From Eledone cirrhosa (Eukaryota), in the NCBI GenBank assembly GCA_964016885.1, contig OZ024744.1, positions 45,694,001-45,758,000 of the forward strand: DNA of 64,000 bases. Reading direction: 5' to 3'. The notes below the pieces were generated by a model. The model was not told the DNA's origin. It saw only the letters and a program-made list of their open reading frames with translations, and searched no databases. How positions within the stretch are numbered: position 1 is the first letter of the stretch; each line of letters opens with the position of its first letter. Positions 1 through 11,737 of this stretch are shown here, in pieces. Both the position numbers and the translations under genes were made by a program.

Positions 1-258
1 GTGCAGTGCCTTTGCTCACTATAAAAGCTTCACGGCACAGGCATTGCTTTATATCTGGAGATCTCTCTGCACTTGTCGTCACATGGTACCAAAGGCAAAG
101 CACTATGTGTCAATAATTGTCACAAGTGTAGTATTTGTACCAGAGTTTTCAAGTCGCTGGCTGGACTAAAAAGTCACACTCGTTCAGCGCATCGGTAGGG
201 GTTCTCCTACATGGATATAAAGTAGTGGCCGTACTCGAAAACGAGTTGGCAGCCACCA
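1..258 (+). mobile_element. 3' end of an RTE-clade LINE-derived element (copy A, cut by the window start)
   Basis: ~96% identical to 2940-3197 (about 11 mismatches). Frame 1 at 121-198 reads [25 protein letters not shown], a C2H2-type finger like the C-terminus of RTE ORFs. It is followed by a 3' stem-loop (GTGGC..ACTCG-AAAA-CGAGT..GCCAC, 225-256) and a (TATG)n tail. Confidence 0.7.
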
Positions 259-490
259 TGTATGTATGTATATGTGTATGTATATATATATATATGTATG
301 TATGTATATATGTATGTATGTATATATATATGTATGTATGTATGTATATATATATGTATGTATATATATATGTATGTATGTATATATGTATGTATGTATA
401 TATGTATGTATGCATGTATGTATGTATGTATATATATATGTATGTATGTATGGATATATATATATATATGTATGCATATATATATGTATG

Positions 491-524
<34 letters not shown>

Positions 525-850
525 TGTATGTATGTATGTATGTATGTATGTATGTATGTATGTATGTATGGGTATATATATATATGTATATATATGTGTA
601 TGTATGTATGTATGTATGTATGTATGTATGTATGTATGTATGTATGTATGTATGTATGTATGTATGTATATATGTATGTATATATGTATGTATGTATATA
701 TGTATGTATGTATATATATGTGTATGTATGTATATATATATATGTATATATGTATATATATATATATGTATGTATATATATATGTATGTATATATATATA
801 TGTATGTATATATATATATGCGTGTGTGTATATATATATATGTGTGTGTA
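259..850. repeat. (TATG)n/(TA)n compound microsatellite, tail of the LINE-derived element
   Basis: Read directly from the sequence. Confidence 0.97.
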
Positions 851-1649
851 GGAACGAGTAGGACCCCGACAGCTGAGCTCAAGCCGTTTCAACGGCTAAT
901 TCTGGACTAAATGAACATTTTTATCCTGGTATTTGAATAGCCGAGCTTCTCAAGGGGTAATTCCATATATGGTAAAAGTGATTGTCACAAGGATTGGTCA
1001 AAAGTTTGTTGTTGAGACATAATAATTCTATGATGGCAATTTGTGGAGGGAAGGGGTAGCTGAACCTGCCAGTAGGAGAAAGAGAGAGAGGGGTGGAGGA
1101 GACCCATTCATGCGTTGATAGTGCCGACTACAGCTGGGCATGAGGTCAAAGAAGATACTAGGGAGGGGGGGGGGGAGGGGGAGGAAGTCGAAACAATAAG
1201 TAGAACGATATGGGGTAAATATATAGAAAAATACCGAGAGTGTTAAAAAGCAATTAAATGTAAAAAAAACAAAACAATTTCTGGTTACTACGACTACTGG
1301 TACTGCTAGGCTAAAGAAAGGTATACTAGGTGGGATGGAATTATAATGAGACCCTTTTAAGAGGTATAAGTAATAAACCAAGTATATCTTACGGTGACGG
1401 GTCAACAAGTGAGGGGCCAAAATACTAAAGAAACTACCACAAAATAATAAATAAAGGTTTCTACCCCAGACACAAGGCCAGCAACCACCCAGGGCAAAAA
1501 AGTAAACTAATACGAAATAATAATTCAGAGTCCCGAAAAAGAATACTAATACTATCTCTAAGGGTGCCGCCACGATACAAAAGTTCTAGTGCAAGCTACA
1601 TAAAAGCTCGTACGAAGTATATGTAAAATTTGATACGTAAAATTAATGC

Positions 1650-1714
1650 ATGTATGTATGTATGTATATATGTGTATGTATGTATGTATATATATATGTA
1701 TATATATATGTATG

Positions 1715-1769
<55 letters not shown>
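1650..1769. repeat. (TATG)n/(TA)n microsatellite
   Basis: Read directly from the sequence. Confidence 0.97.
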
Positions 1770-1773
<4 letters not shown>

Positions 1774-1855
1774 AAGTTCTATTTAAAGTTGTTGGGATAC
1801 AACAAGTAAATATTTTTATAACTGATATAAAGCACTCGACAAATTTTTGGAGAAG

Positions 1856-2588
<733 letters not shown>

Positions 2589-3197
2589 GTCAGGTCACCA
2601 GTTGGTGCTACTGGTATCAGGTATCCCAGTACAACCTGTCTCATGGTCGGGTCGTTGGCGACTAAACTGGCAACCCCACCAAGGTTTCTTGGTGAGGAGG
2701 GTGACTTTGGCAATCCTGCAGGACTAAAAACAAAACCTGCCAAAAGGCAAAGGAGCTCTTAAGAGTCAATGGCCATCCAAAATCACCGGGAGAGATGACA
2801 CCTTAGCCTTTGTCACGGCAGAATTCTAGGAGAAGGAAAACTCTGATATAACACCTGCAACTCTGATGGTATCCAATGATGTTGACTTGTTCTTCTTTTT
2901 GGTAAATATCATCTTGGTTAAGAGAGTGGGACTGGCTTTGTGCAGTGCCTTTGCTCACTATAAAAGCTTCACGGCACAGGCATTGCTTTATATCTGGAGA
3001 TCTCTCTGCACTTGTCATCACATGGTACCATGGGCTCAGCACTATGTGTCAATAATTGTCACAAGTGTAGTGTTTGTACCAGAGTTTTCAAGTCGCTGGC
3101 TGGACTAAAAAGTCACACTTGTTTAGCCTATCGGTAGGCGTTCTCCTACATGGATATAAAGTAGTGGCCGTACTCGAAAACGAGTTGGCAGCCACCA
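2589..3197 (+). mobile_element. Short non-autonomous RTE-derived element (copy B): RTE-like 5' sequence joined to an RTE 3' end
   Basis: 2940-3197 duplicates 1-258, including the zinc-finger remnant [17 protein letters not shown] and the 3' stem-loop. The upstream part contains TCTAGGAGAAGGAAAACTCTGA, which I recall from RTE 5' regions (not searched). No endonuclease or RT coding lies between the two parts. Confidence 0.6.
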
Positions 3198-3500
3198 TGT
3201 ATGTATGTATGTATGTATGTATGTATGTATGTATGTATGTATGTATGTATGTATGTATGGATGGATGGATGGATGGATGGATGGATGTATGTATGTATGT
3301 ATGTATGTATGTAGGTATGTATGTATTATGTTTGGATGTATGTATGTATGTTTGGATGTATGTAGGTAGGTATGTATGTATGTAGGTATGTATGTATGTA
3401 TGTATGTATGTAGGTATGTATGTATGTATGTATGTATGTATGTATGTATGTATGTATGGATGGATGGATGGATGTATGTTTGTATTTATCTATGTATGTA
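3198..3500. repeat. (TATG)n/(GATG)n/(TAGG) tail microsatellite
   Basis: Read directly; starts at the same element base as the tail at 259. Confidence 0.95.
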
Positions 3501-3944
3501 TATTCTCTTTCTGTCCATCCACTGCTGTCCATCATCATTACCCTCATCATCATCGTTGTCGACATTATTTAACATCTATTTTTCTTGTTAGCAGGATAGT
3601 TGAATGTGTCAGCAGAGACCAAGTTAGTACTTAACATAAGCTTCCTACCTCTCAGATGGGCCAGAGGCTGACATATGTTCTCGCAATCTACCTAGTCCCC
3701 TGGGTACATATTAATACCCAACACTAGGTAAGTTGTCATGTCTTTGATATATCATGAGTCTATTTGACTCATTGGCAAGTTTTCTAGCGCTGGATGACTC
3801 TCCTTTCACTAACTCCATCACAGAGTTTATTAGGTGTATATTTGATGTAACAAACAACAGAACATTTGTTGTTCTTTTGCCACAACAGATGAGACCTCTC
3901 AAAATAATTTCTTTCTCAAAGATGAAAACTATATTTATACGTAC

Positions 3945-4099
3945 CTTTCTCCATGTATGTCAAAAAAATCGAAGCCTGCACTGAGGTCAGTCCATGGTGC
4001 TTCTAGAAGTCTTGAATCCTCGAATCAGCTGTACTTATCCGAATTTCTTCCGTTGAACCTTAGCGTCACATCATCTTGGCCATCTTGACGCACTTTTAC
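3945..4099 (-). pseudogene. Putative isolated coding exon with an in-frame TGA
   Basis: Minus strand has acceptor ttttttttcaattctag|G and donor AAG|gtacgt. The 155 nt read VKVRQDGQDDVTLRFNGRNSDKYS*FEDSRLLEAPWTDLSAGFDFFDIHGE. This resembles an unnamed invertebrate domain (F.G..S...SWF...RL...PW.DL) from memory only. Confidence 0.4.
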
Positions 4100-4395
4100 C
4101 TAGAATTGAAAAAAACCCCCAGAAAACAACATACAACATTTTCTATTTCATTGGTTGAGATACAGAAATAAAAAAAATTATCTAATCAAGATTGTAATGT
4201 AGAAAGAAAAACATAGCAATGGTGGTGAAGGAGTCACTGAGGTGGTGGTTGAGTGTCACTGACTTTTAGATATCTCTTGGTCACAAAGTTAAAAGTAAGA
4301 GAACTATGACAAGTTAATGAAGCAGAAAATGTGAACTACACAACCTGAATATTGTGTGAGACTCTGATGGTGTATGTTGAGAGCCATAAGTATGT

Positions 4396-4398
<3 letters not shown>

Positions 4399-4469
<71 letters not shown>
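4399..4469. repeat. (GA)n microsatellite plus G-run
   Basis: Read directly from the sequence. Confidence 0.97.
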
Positions 4470-5309
4470 TTATTAAAGGTGTCAGCGAGGAAATTAGAGA
4501 GTGTAAGCAAATATAGTTTAGTAGGTTTTTCTGACTCAGGACCAATTATAGCAAGGGAATGATAGCAGTCCAGTAACTTACCATAGTTAAGGTTTAGTGA
4601 GAATTGTGAAGGATGATTGTGTCTGTTTCACCTTTATAGGTGAGGACAACATGCTATATTTGGTCATTTGGCTGAAGTTTGTGCTAAAGATAGTTATGTC
4701 AATACTTAAAATAAGGAAATAATCGTTGTTTTGGAAACAACAAAATGCCTATATATGATTTTGATACATTAGTAAAGTTTTATCAAACAATTAGTGTTAT
4801 TTCATTCAGTTTCTTGAGTGACGGGGAGAAGCGACAGACTAAGGTTGTAGAGTTATAGGTTTATAGACATTTTTTTAAATATTAGCAATGTGTTGCTGTG
4901 TCCATGACCAATATATTTCGTTTAAACGATTTGTCACTAGTAAACAGTTACCATAATTGTGTGCACTTCTTTTGGTAATGACCATAAAATTGACAAGATT
5001 TTTTTTATATCATTGCATTCTACTACCGTACAAATACCTAGAATATGACTGGGTTCAATTAGTTATACTTTCAAGGGCTTATAAAGAACCCCATTATAGC
5101 ATATATTATACGATTGAACTAGTTGTTTATAAGAAGATAATTAAATATTTTATGGAGATATTTATATATGTTAAATATAACTTCATCATTACTCTAGCTG
5201 CTTCGTTCTCAACTGTTTATTAAGCAAACACAATATAAAGCAGTGAAGCAACTTTAAACTCATATATATGAATATTTGGCAGAGTTGTACTGCTAGAGTA
5301 CGTGTTGCA

Positions 5310-6742
5310 GGTGGCGGATAGCAATACGGCCGCTAGATATGATGGTTAGGTATGATATGTGTAGGCATCTGCCGGACGAATAAGCAGCCCCGGTCCAACA
5401 GTGGTAAACTACTAGGGGAGATGGAGCAATGGGTGACACCTTCAACTCCAAAGAAATCTCCCACAACCCTGTTATGTAGCTATGACAACGCGAGTTATAG
5501 CCGCCTCTAAAAAGGCCTGGTCAACGCGGGTCTGAGAAAGTACCAGTTGGTGACTGGCACAGAAAACACCACAAAAACAGCAATATGGTGAGAGGTAACA
5601 AAAAGAATCATACTGCATCGTCCTTCTACAGGTGGGAGTGGAGATACTCACAAGCTCATGGCTGTCAGAATCTGTTATGGACCGGATACCATTAGGAGGG
5701 CGGATTTGCTTCTTGAAGCTCTGGCTGGAATATAGGTCTCTTTGGGTGGTGCAAGTTTATGCACCAAACAAGGAGTCTGAATACAGATCCTTACGTGATT
5801 AATTTACTGCAGTGTTAGATGTAGTAATAACTGGGTCACATATCCTAATAGGGGACTTCAATACATATATAGCACGTTCCCCCTGAGTGATTGTAAAGAT
5901 TGGCGATCCCTATCGAAAGAACACCGAAGAGACTTTATTAGACTTGTTCTAGCAATAGACTCTTGATTATGAACACATTGTCCAGCACAGAGATATTCAT
6001 AAATATTCATGGTATAAGGAGGATCGTGGAGAGAGATCAATAACTGATTTTATTATTGTCCCTGACCTTTTCGATTCCGTGCTGGATGTTAAGAGAGGGG
6101 CTGAGCTCTCAGCTAAATACCATCTAGTTATCTGAAACTTGAGACTACCTAAAGCCAAAGAAGTAAAACCTAGCAGGTCGATCTACAGGATAAAGTGGGA
6201 AGCGTAGGGGAGTAAGGAAGCCAGGACCAGGTATGCAGATACCAAATTCAGAGAAATCCCTGAGAAAACTGAAGAGGTTAAACAGAGAAGAAATTGTTCA
6301 GCGCAGCAGTTTCTGCTTCAGCTGTTCAATGCTTGTGGCGAAAGAGTCTTGGTGTGGTACCAGATAGCAGGAGGTCCCCTTGGTTCAATCAAGCGGCCAA
6401 AGATGCCATCCGAGCAATGAAGGGAGCCTACAAAGCTTGGCTTCGAAATAATTCTTCCTTCTTACACTTGTGATACATGCAGGCACGAAAAGTCGCATCA
6501 GTGACAGTAAAGGCGTCCGAAGTTAAGATATAGTAGGACTTTGGTGTTAAGCTGGAATCCGACTTCAGATCAGCAAATAAAGTGTTCTGGCAGACCATCA
6601 AGCGACTTCGTAATAAGAAGCCCTCCTCCACGTTGGGTGTCTTGGGTTCTCCTCTCTTCAGAGGGTTTCATCCGCGTGGGGTGGAGAGAATAATTTGCTG
6701 AACTCCTAAACCTGATGACAGCATCTTCTGATGTACACGAGG

Positions 6743-6745
<3 letters not shown>
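5310..6745 (+). mobile_element. Decayed 5' portion of an RTE-clade (Expander/Rex3-like) LINE: AP-endonuclease and linker, no RT
   Basis: Translated remnants VQVYAPN (VYAP 5755-5766), ILIGDFN (GDFN 5851-5862), SITDFIIV, VLDVKRGAELSAKYHLV (~6080-6130), PWFNQAAKDAI, DFRSANKVFWQTIKRLR (~6560-6610) and WRE*FAELLN. There are several stops and frameshifts. The 5' boundary is approximate. Confidence 0.85.
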
Positions 6746-6835
<90 letters not shown>

Positions 6836-6860
6836 ATATATATATGTATATATATATATA
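6746..6860. repeat. (CA)n followed by (TA)n microsatellite
   Basis: Read directly; the (TA)n part abuts the 3' end of the Penelope-like element. Confidence 0.97.
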
Positions 6861-7170
6861 TTAAAATAACAGATTAAAGTTTAAGCAAAGAATCACTGCT
6901 TTCACCCTTAACGGGATCTTCTGAAACTAACAAAGTCAATCTGTAAACGCAGAACTGGATATTTCAAAAAACGTTGCAACCGTAGGTAGACAGGAAGACG
7001 ATACTTTGGTTCGTGGAAACGTTCCCTGGCAAAGAACGGGAAAAAACGAATATAATACGTCATTAATAGGAGCGGTGAAAAACAATTACGCGCAAAAACA
7101 GAACCACGTTTATGGTATAAAAGAGGTCGTAGACTAATGTTCTCGTAGGTGGTGCATAGAGACGTTCTCT
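6859..7170 (-). repeat. Pseudo-LTR, 3' copy
   Basis: Direct repeat of 10116-10427 at offset 3257, about 11 substitutions in 312 bp and no indels. Confidence 0.95.
6878..6928 (-). ncRNA. Variant type I hammerhead-like motif in the pLTR (second copy at 10135-10185)
   Basis: Minus strand: stem I AGUUU/AAACU, core CAGAAGA, stem II CCC-GUUAA-GGG closed by U.U, GAAA, stem III AGCA/UGCU, triplet CUU. Confidence 0.55.
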
Positions 7171-7851
7171 GGCGATGAACGAAAAAATACGTCATATGTG
7201 GAGCGTGGAGAACAATAGCAAGCAAAGACAAAACCACGTAAATGGTATAGCAGAAGTCGTAGACTAAATTCTAACTAGGAGACCGAATGAATCTCCGCTA
7301 CGGAGTTAAGAACAAAGTAAATAAATACAATACAGAAGTAATAGAAATAAATAAATACATACACGCAAACAGAAACGTACATACACAAGCATACGCAAAA
7401 ACTTACCATAGGTAAACAAAACCACGCACATATAAATATGTGTGTGTGTGTAAGCGTGTATACAAATAAATAAATAATTTTATAAACGTATATAAATAAA
7501 TAAATACGTATATAACAAGCGCACACACATACCTACATGTAAATACAAGAATGTTCCGAGACGTAAGTCAACCAAAACATGAAGTACACATATACACACG
7601 CCCTACATACGTACGAACCTGCATACTCGCACAGACGCAAAACTCCCGTATACACATAGCCGAACCATATGTACCAGAATATAGAAAAAAAATTATACGC
7701 CATAACAATCAAATATACGTACGAGAAGGTATACGTACCTTCACAAAACATACGGATAATATATACTTACCTATGCAAATAAGTAAAGGTATAAACAAAA
7801 CATATACTTAGCAACCACATCGAGACGTAAAATATCCACGTATAGATCGTA

Positions 7852-9980
7852 CTATCCGTTAGGGTATAACGTGGGGCTGTAATACAGGAAAGTTTTGTGC
7901 AATTTATGTTTACAAGCTGAAATTGCCTCAGATTTTTTGTTTAAGATGTGGTCTGTGGCGTAGAGTATTTCCAGGGCCTCAGCGGCGCAGAGGTCACATG
8001 GTCTTTTATTTCCGTTATACGATCTAGCCCTAGCTAGGATCTCCCAGTGTAACTTATATTGGGTGTGGTTGTCTTTTAGACTCCAGATATAAGCTGAAAG
8101 TGACGTCATATTCTTTCTTAGAGGGTAACGAAAAGAATGGGTATGCATGTAAAGACGCTGCTTGAATCTATTGGCGGTTAACCCTATATAAGCCCTACGG
8201 GACGTGGGTGTTACAACCTTACATTTGTAGACAATGTTACTCGAGAGGCATTTCCCGGATAGGGGGCAATCAACCCGATTCCTACAATTACAGTTAGTAC
8301 TAACTACAGGGTTGCACGTGTTCCTACGGCTAGGTAGTTTAGCTAAATTTGAAGCTGTGATGTTATGTGCAAGGTTAGGAGTTGTAGAGTAAGAAATTTT
8401 AATAGTATTTCTATTAAAAATTTTACTATATTTATGTGTAGGGGAAAATGCTTCGTAATAAGGGAAAGAAAGATCTTAGCTAATGGTGTGGCCACCTCCA
8501 TATTATATGGTAGGTTATACCAACAAATGCGACGGGATTTATTTCTTCTAGGTCTATTTTCGTACTCTGTATATGCTACCTTATCGACAAATCCACTTCG
8601 AGCAAGATCTTCATTGTAATAAGTGGAATGGTCGTTGAAAATACGCTCGTTGGTGGAAAGACGGGAAAGCCTCAACGAAACGTTTCTTACCAGGTTCTTG
8701 GTTATGCTGGCAGGATGGTTGGAATGCTTACTTATGTAATTAAGCGTATCATTTGGCTTTCTATACGGGTAATACAACCCATTCAATAAGTTGAGGGTAA
8801 CGTCGAGGTAATTAACGACCGAGAGATTGGCCTCAACCTGTATAGAGAGGTTGAAGCCTTTAAAGAAGGCTGTGAGTTCTTTTCTGAACTAGTCGCAAGC
8901 ACGAGGTCCGCACTTAGTCATGGTCAAAAGACCATCGTCACGGTACAAACCACCGCCCGCGTTGGGGAATTCGTCCTTGATAGAGAAAAGAAGGAAAAGG
9001 CCGATAAGATCAGTAACCTCCGCAGAATCACTGGCGCCCATACTCACGTCGAATGGGGTACTATTGGATTTTTTAATCCAAATAGAGTCGTCGAAATTAA
9101 TCACCAGCTTACGGGCATTGAGGATGACATCAACTTCGAAATCCTTAACCACTGTGAGTGTTTTAGCGAAATTGATAGCTCTAAGGAGAAGTGGTAAAGT
9201 GATGGAGGAGTAGTAATTGTTGATGTCGAATTGGATAAAATGGCAATGTTCCTTGTTACATATGCCGTTGAACCAATCAATCACTGCGAAGGAATTGTTC
9301 CACAGTGCAAGAGGAGCCAAACTTCTAATTTCAGGTATAATTCTATCAAGAATCGTCTCACTAAGTCTACCTAAATCGGACTTCGTAGGGTTAATAAACC
9401 GAATAGAGGGGTTGTTCGGAAAATTGGATTTGTGATCCTTCAGGGTAAAGTGGGGAGAAATAGGGTCCAGAGGTTCGGTCCGGTCCAGGATGTTGAGATC
9501 AGATGTGATTTTAAACCCAGCATCGTTGATTTCATTGATGACGCACCGATTAGTTTTACGGTAATCCTTAGTTACAGCATTATGTAGTAGTTGATGGTAA
9601 GTACTGCGCTCCACTTGATATAGGTTGCCAGTTTTGTCGGAATGGACGTGCACGGCATTAGAATCCTTAATAGAACGAATTCTATTCTTCAGGTCTAGCT
9701 GGAAGGAATTGCTCCTATTCCGAAATTTGATACTCCGAATGAGTTCCAAGACATCATTTTCGAAGGGTAGCAATGCTGGGTTACACGGGGGGTTATTATA
9801 GGTTTTAAATCAAAATTTATCCTGTTTGTTGTCTGCTTTTCGCGGATTATCGAAGTAAAAGGCCCGCCAACGCAACCTTTTAATGAACGCGTCTGTTTTC
9901 TGTATCAGGAGTTTTAGGTATGTTTTCCTGCTTGGTACGGGTATGTTCTTTGTAGAAATATTCAGATGTTGTTTCTGCAT
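7852..9980 (-). pseudogene. PLE reverse transcriptase/GIY-YIG endonuclease ORF (~709 aa), disrupted
   Basis: Starts MQKQHLNISTKNIPVPS..KRLRWRAFYF. RT motifs DKTGN, FIQFDINNYYSSI, FDVSMGASDSAE and GLYRDDGL (YRDD 8934-8945). Endonuclease motifs IVYKC..AYIGLT..FKQRLYMH..CDLC..ILN..CKH. Lesions: TGA at 9810-9812, TAG at 8889-8891, and a 1-nt frameshift near 8441. Confidence 0.92.
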
Positions 9981-10115
9981 GATGAATATAAGTCAGTAGA
10001 GTGCTCAACCGAGGGAGCCAAATAGTAATAATAATAAATTTGAAGACTAAAATCCAAAGAGAGTTCGATAAGGATAAATATATATCAAATATATAAGAAC
10101 CGTAGAGCAAATATT

Positions 10116-10427
10116 TATTAAAATAACAGATTAAAGTTTAAGCAAAGAATCGCTGCTTTCACCCTTAACGGGATCTTCTGAAACTAACAAAGTCAAGCTG
10201 TAAACGCAGAACTGGATATTTAAAAAAACGTTGCAACCGGAGGAAGACAGGAAGACGATACTTTGGTTCATGGAAACGTTCGCTGGCTAAGAACGGGAAA
10301 AAACGAATATAATACGTCATTAATAGGAGCGGTGAAAAACAATTACGCGCAAAGACAGAACCACGTTTATGGTATAATAGAGGTCGTAGACTAATGTTCT
10401 CTTAGGTGGTGCATAGAGACGTTCTCT
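10116..10427 (-). repeat. Pseudo-LTR, 5' (truncated tandem) copy
   Basis: Direct repeat of 6859-7170. Confidence 0.95.
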
Positions 10428-10527
10428 CTGACTGATCAGCCTGTCTGCTAATATGCAAATCAAGCCGATCAGTCAGTGTATATTTTAGAAAATAGCATAT
10501 ATTTTCTCTAGTTCTGACAGTTGGTAG

Positions 10528-10593
10528 GTGAACAGTGAGCTGTACTGATGAAGGGTGATACCCAGAAACATTAGTGTCTGCAGTTCTGTTTAC
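10528..10593 (+). ncRNA. Type I hammerhead ribozyme
   Basis: Stem I GUGAACA-gu-GAGCUGUA / UGCAGUUC-UGUUUAC, core CUGAUGA (10545-10551), stem II GGGU-GAU-ACCC with an A.A closing mismatch, GAAA, stem III ACA-UUAG-UGU, and cleavage triplet GUC (10576-10578). Confidence 0.85.
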
Positions 10594-10780
10594 ATGCCAA
10601 CACAAGAGCAAGAATGAAGGGTTTATTCTACTGACATGGCTTTAAAAATGAGGCTTGTTTGCATAATTGCAAATGAATCGAATGTTATTATTAATATTCG
10701 AAAAACTCAGATTACATTTATTGTAATCAGCTATGTAGAGCGAAACATTTTATTATTATTATATATATATATAGATAACC

Positions 10781-10916
<136 letters not shown>

Positions 10917-11679
10917 ATTTTCTCCTAGAATTAATAATTAACTAAGCAATTTAATTAGACAATTCTGTTGATTGGTTAATTATTTGTGTTTGTTTAATAA
11001 CATCAGGTTGAGATCTTTTATTCGGAATGTTGAGCGGAAATCATTATTTCCTTAGCTAAAACTTTCAATTTACCCGCCAAAAACCGGGGGCTGCTTCCCT
11101 TTTTGAAATAACACGTGACAACGAAATGTTTGAAGGCTGCCTTCTGTAGCGGTCGCATTTAGTTTGTTCACACCAGTTTGAGGCAGAACGGAATCCCTGT
11201 TGAATAAATGAATCCCTTGTTCGATCATGGAATACCACAAGCTTGTGTGTTACGTAAGTTGGATAAATGATTTCGGTTTAATAGAAACACTTCGGACGTA
11301 CATCGTCCGATTTGTCCAGGTCTGTTTTTTAACCTGTTAGTTCTTTCGTTACTTTGGTATTGTGTGGTTGGGTTTTGCCTGCCGCAATGTTCAATTTGTC
11401 AAGCTATTTAAACGTATGTTATTACTCTAAGGACCCTTATTGAGTGCTTTGCTAACTCATTCCTATTGTAGGTCGACTTTGCTTGGCCACAGCCAAAGCT
11501 TCGATTTTACTAAGCTTCCACTTGTATTTATAGATGTATATATATATAACCGTTGAAATAATTAAAATGAATAAACGATTTATGCAACACCATCTTTCTT
11601 ATAGTAAATCGCCATCGTAACTACAGAAATTGTTTTGGTAAAAACAAGAGCAAGCAGGAAAAAGTTCTCTACATTCGAA

Positions 11680-11682
<3 letters not shown>

Positions 11683-11735
<53 letters not shown>
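11683..11735. repeat. (TA)n microsatellite
   Basis: Read directly; it abuts the inferred 3' end of the second PLE. Confidence 0.97.

Positions 11736-11737
<2 letters not shown>

Larger units (their letters stand above)
6859..10427 (-). mobile_element. Penelope-like retroelement (EN+, C-terminal GIY-YIG; probably Hydra-clade) with pseudo-LTRs
   Basis: A single RT plus GIY-YIG ORF lies between 312-bp direct repeats (6859-7170, 10116-10427). The 3' end runs into (TA)n. The linker has a CxCx5C motif (CNCRNRVDC). PLE identity is firm; the clade call is inference. Confidence 0.9.

Noticed and set aside
2626-2670. HDV-like ribozyme at the 5' end of the RTE-derived element (CCAGT..TCG-TTGG-CGA-CTAA-ACTGG)
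   Set aside because: P2-, P4- and J4/2-like parts are present, but I could not build consistent P1 and P3 helices in the required order. It needs a descriptor search on the family consensus.
5380-5420. Twister ribozyme in the RTE 5' region (GCCCCGGTCCAA..TAAA..AGGGG)
   Set aside because: Only superficial similarity; the conserved pseudoknot pairings could not be formed.
8365-9435. Plus-strand ORFs overlapping the PLE (and similar ones over the Gypsy pol at 61567-63878)
   Set aside because: Antisense shadows of the retroelement coding frames with no recognisable motifs.
9810-9812. In-frame TGA in the first PLE as selenocysteine
   Set aside because: It falls in F*FK, where I expect Gly (FGFK) rather than Cys, so GGA-to-TGA is the simplest explanation. 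All Cys motifs in this ORF use TGY, and the copy has two other lesions.
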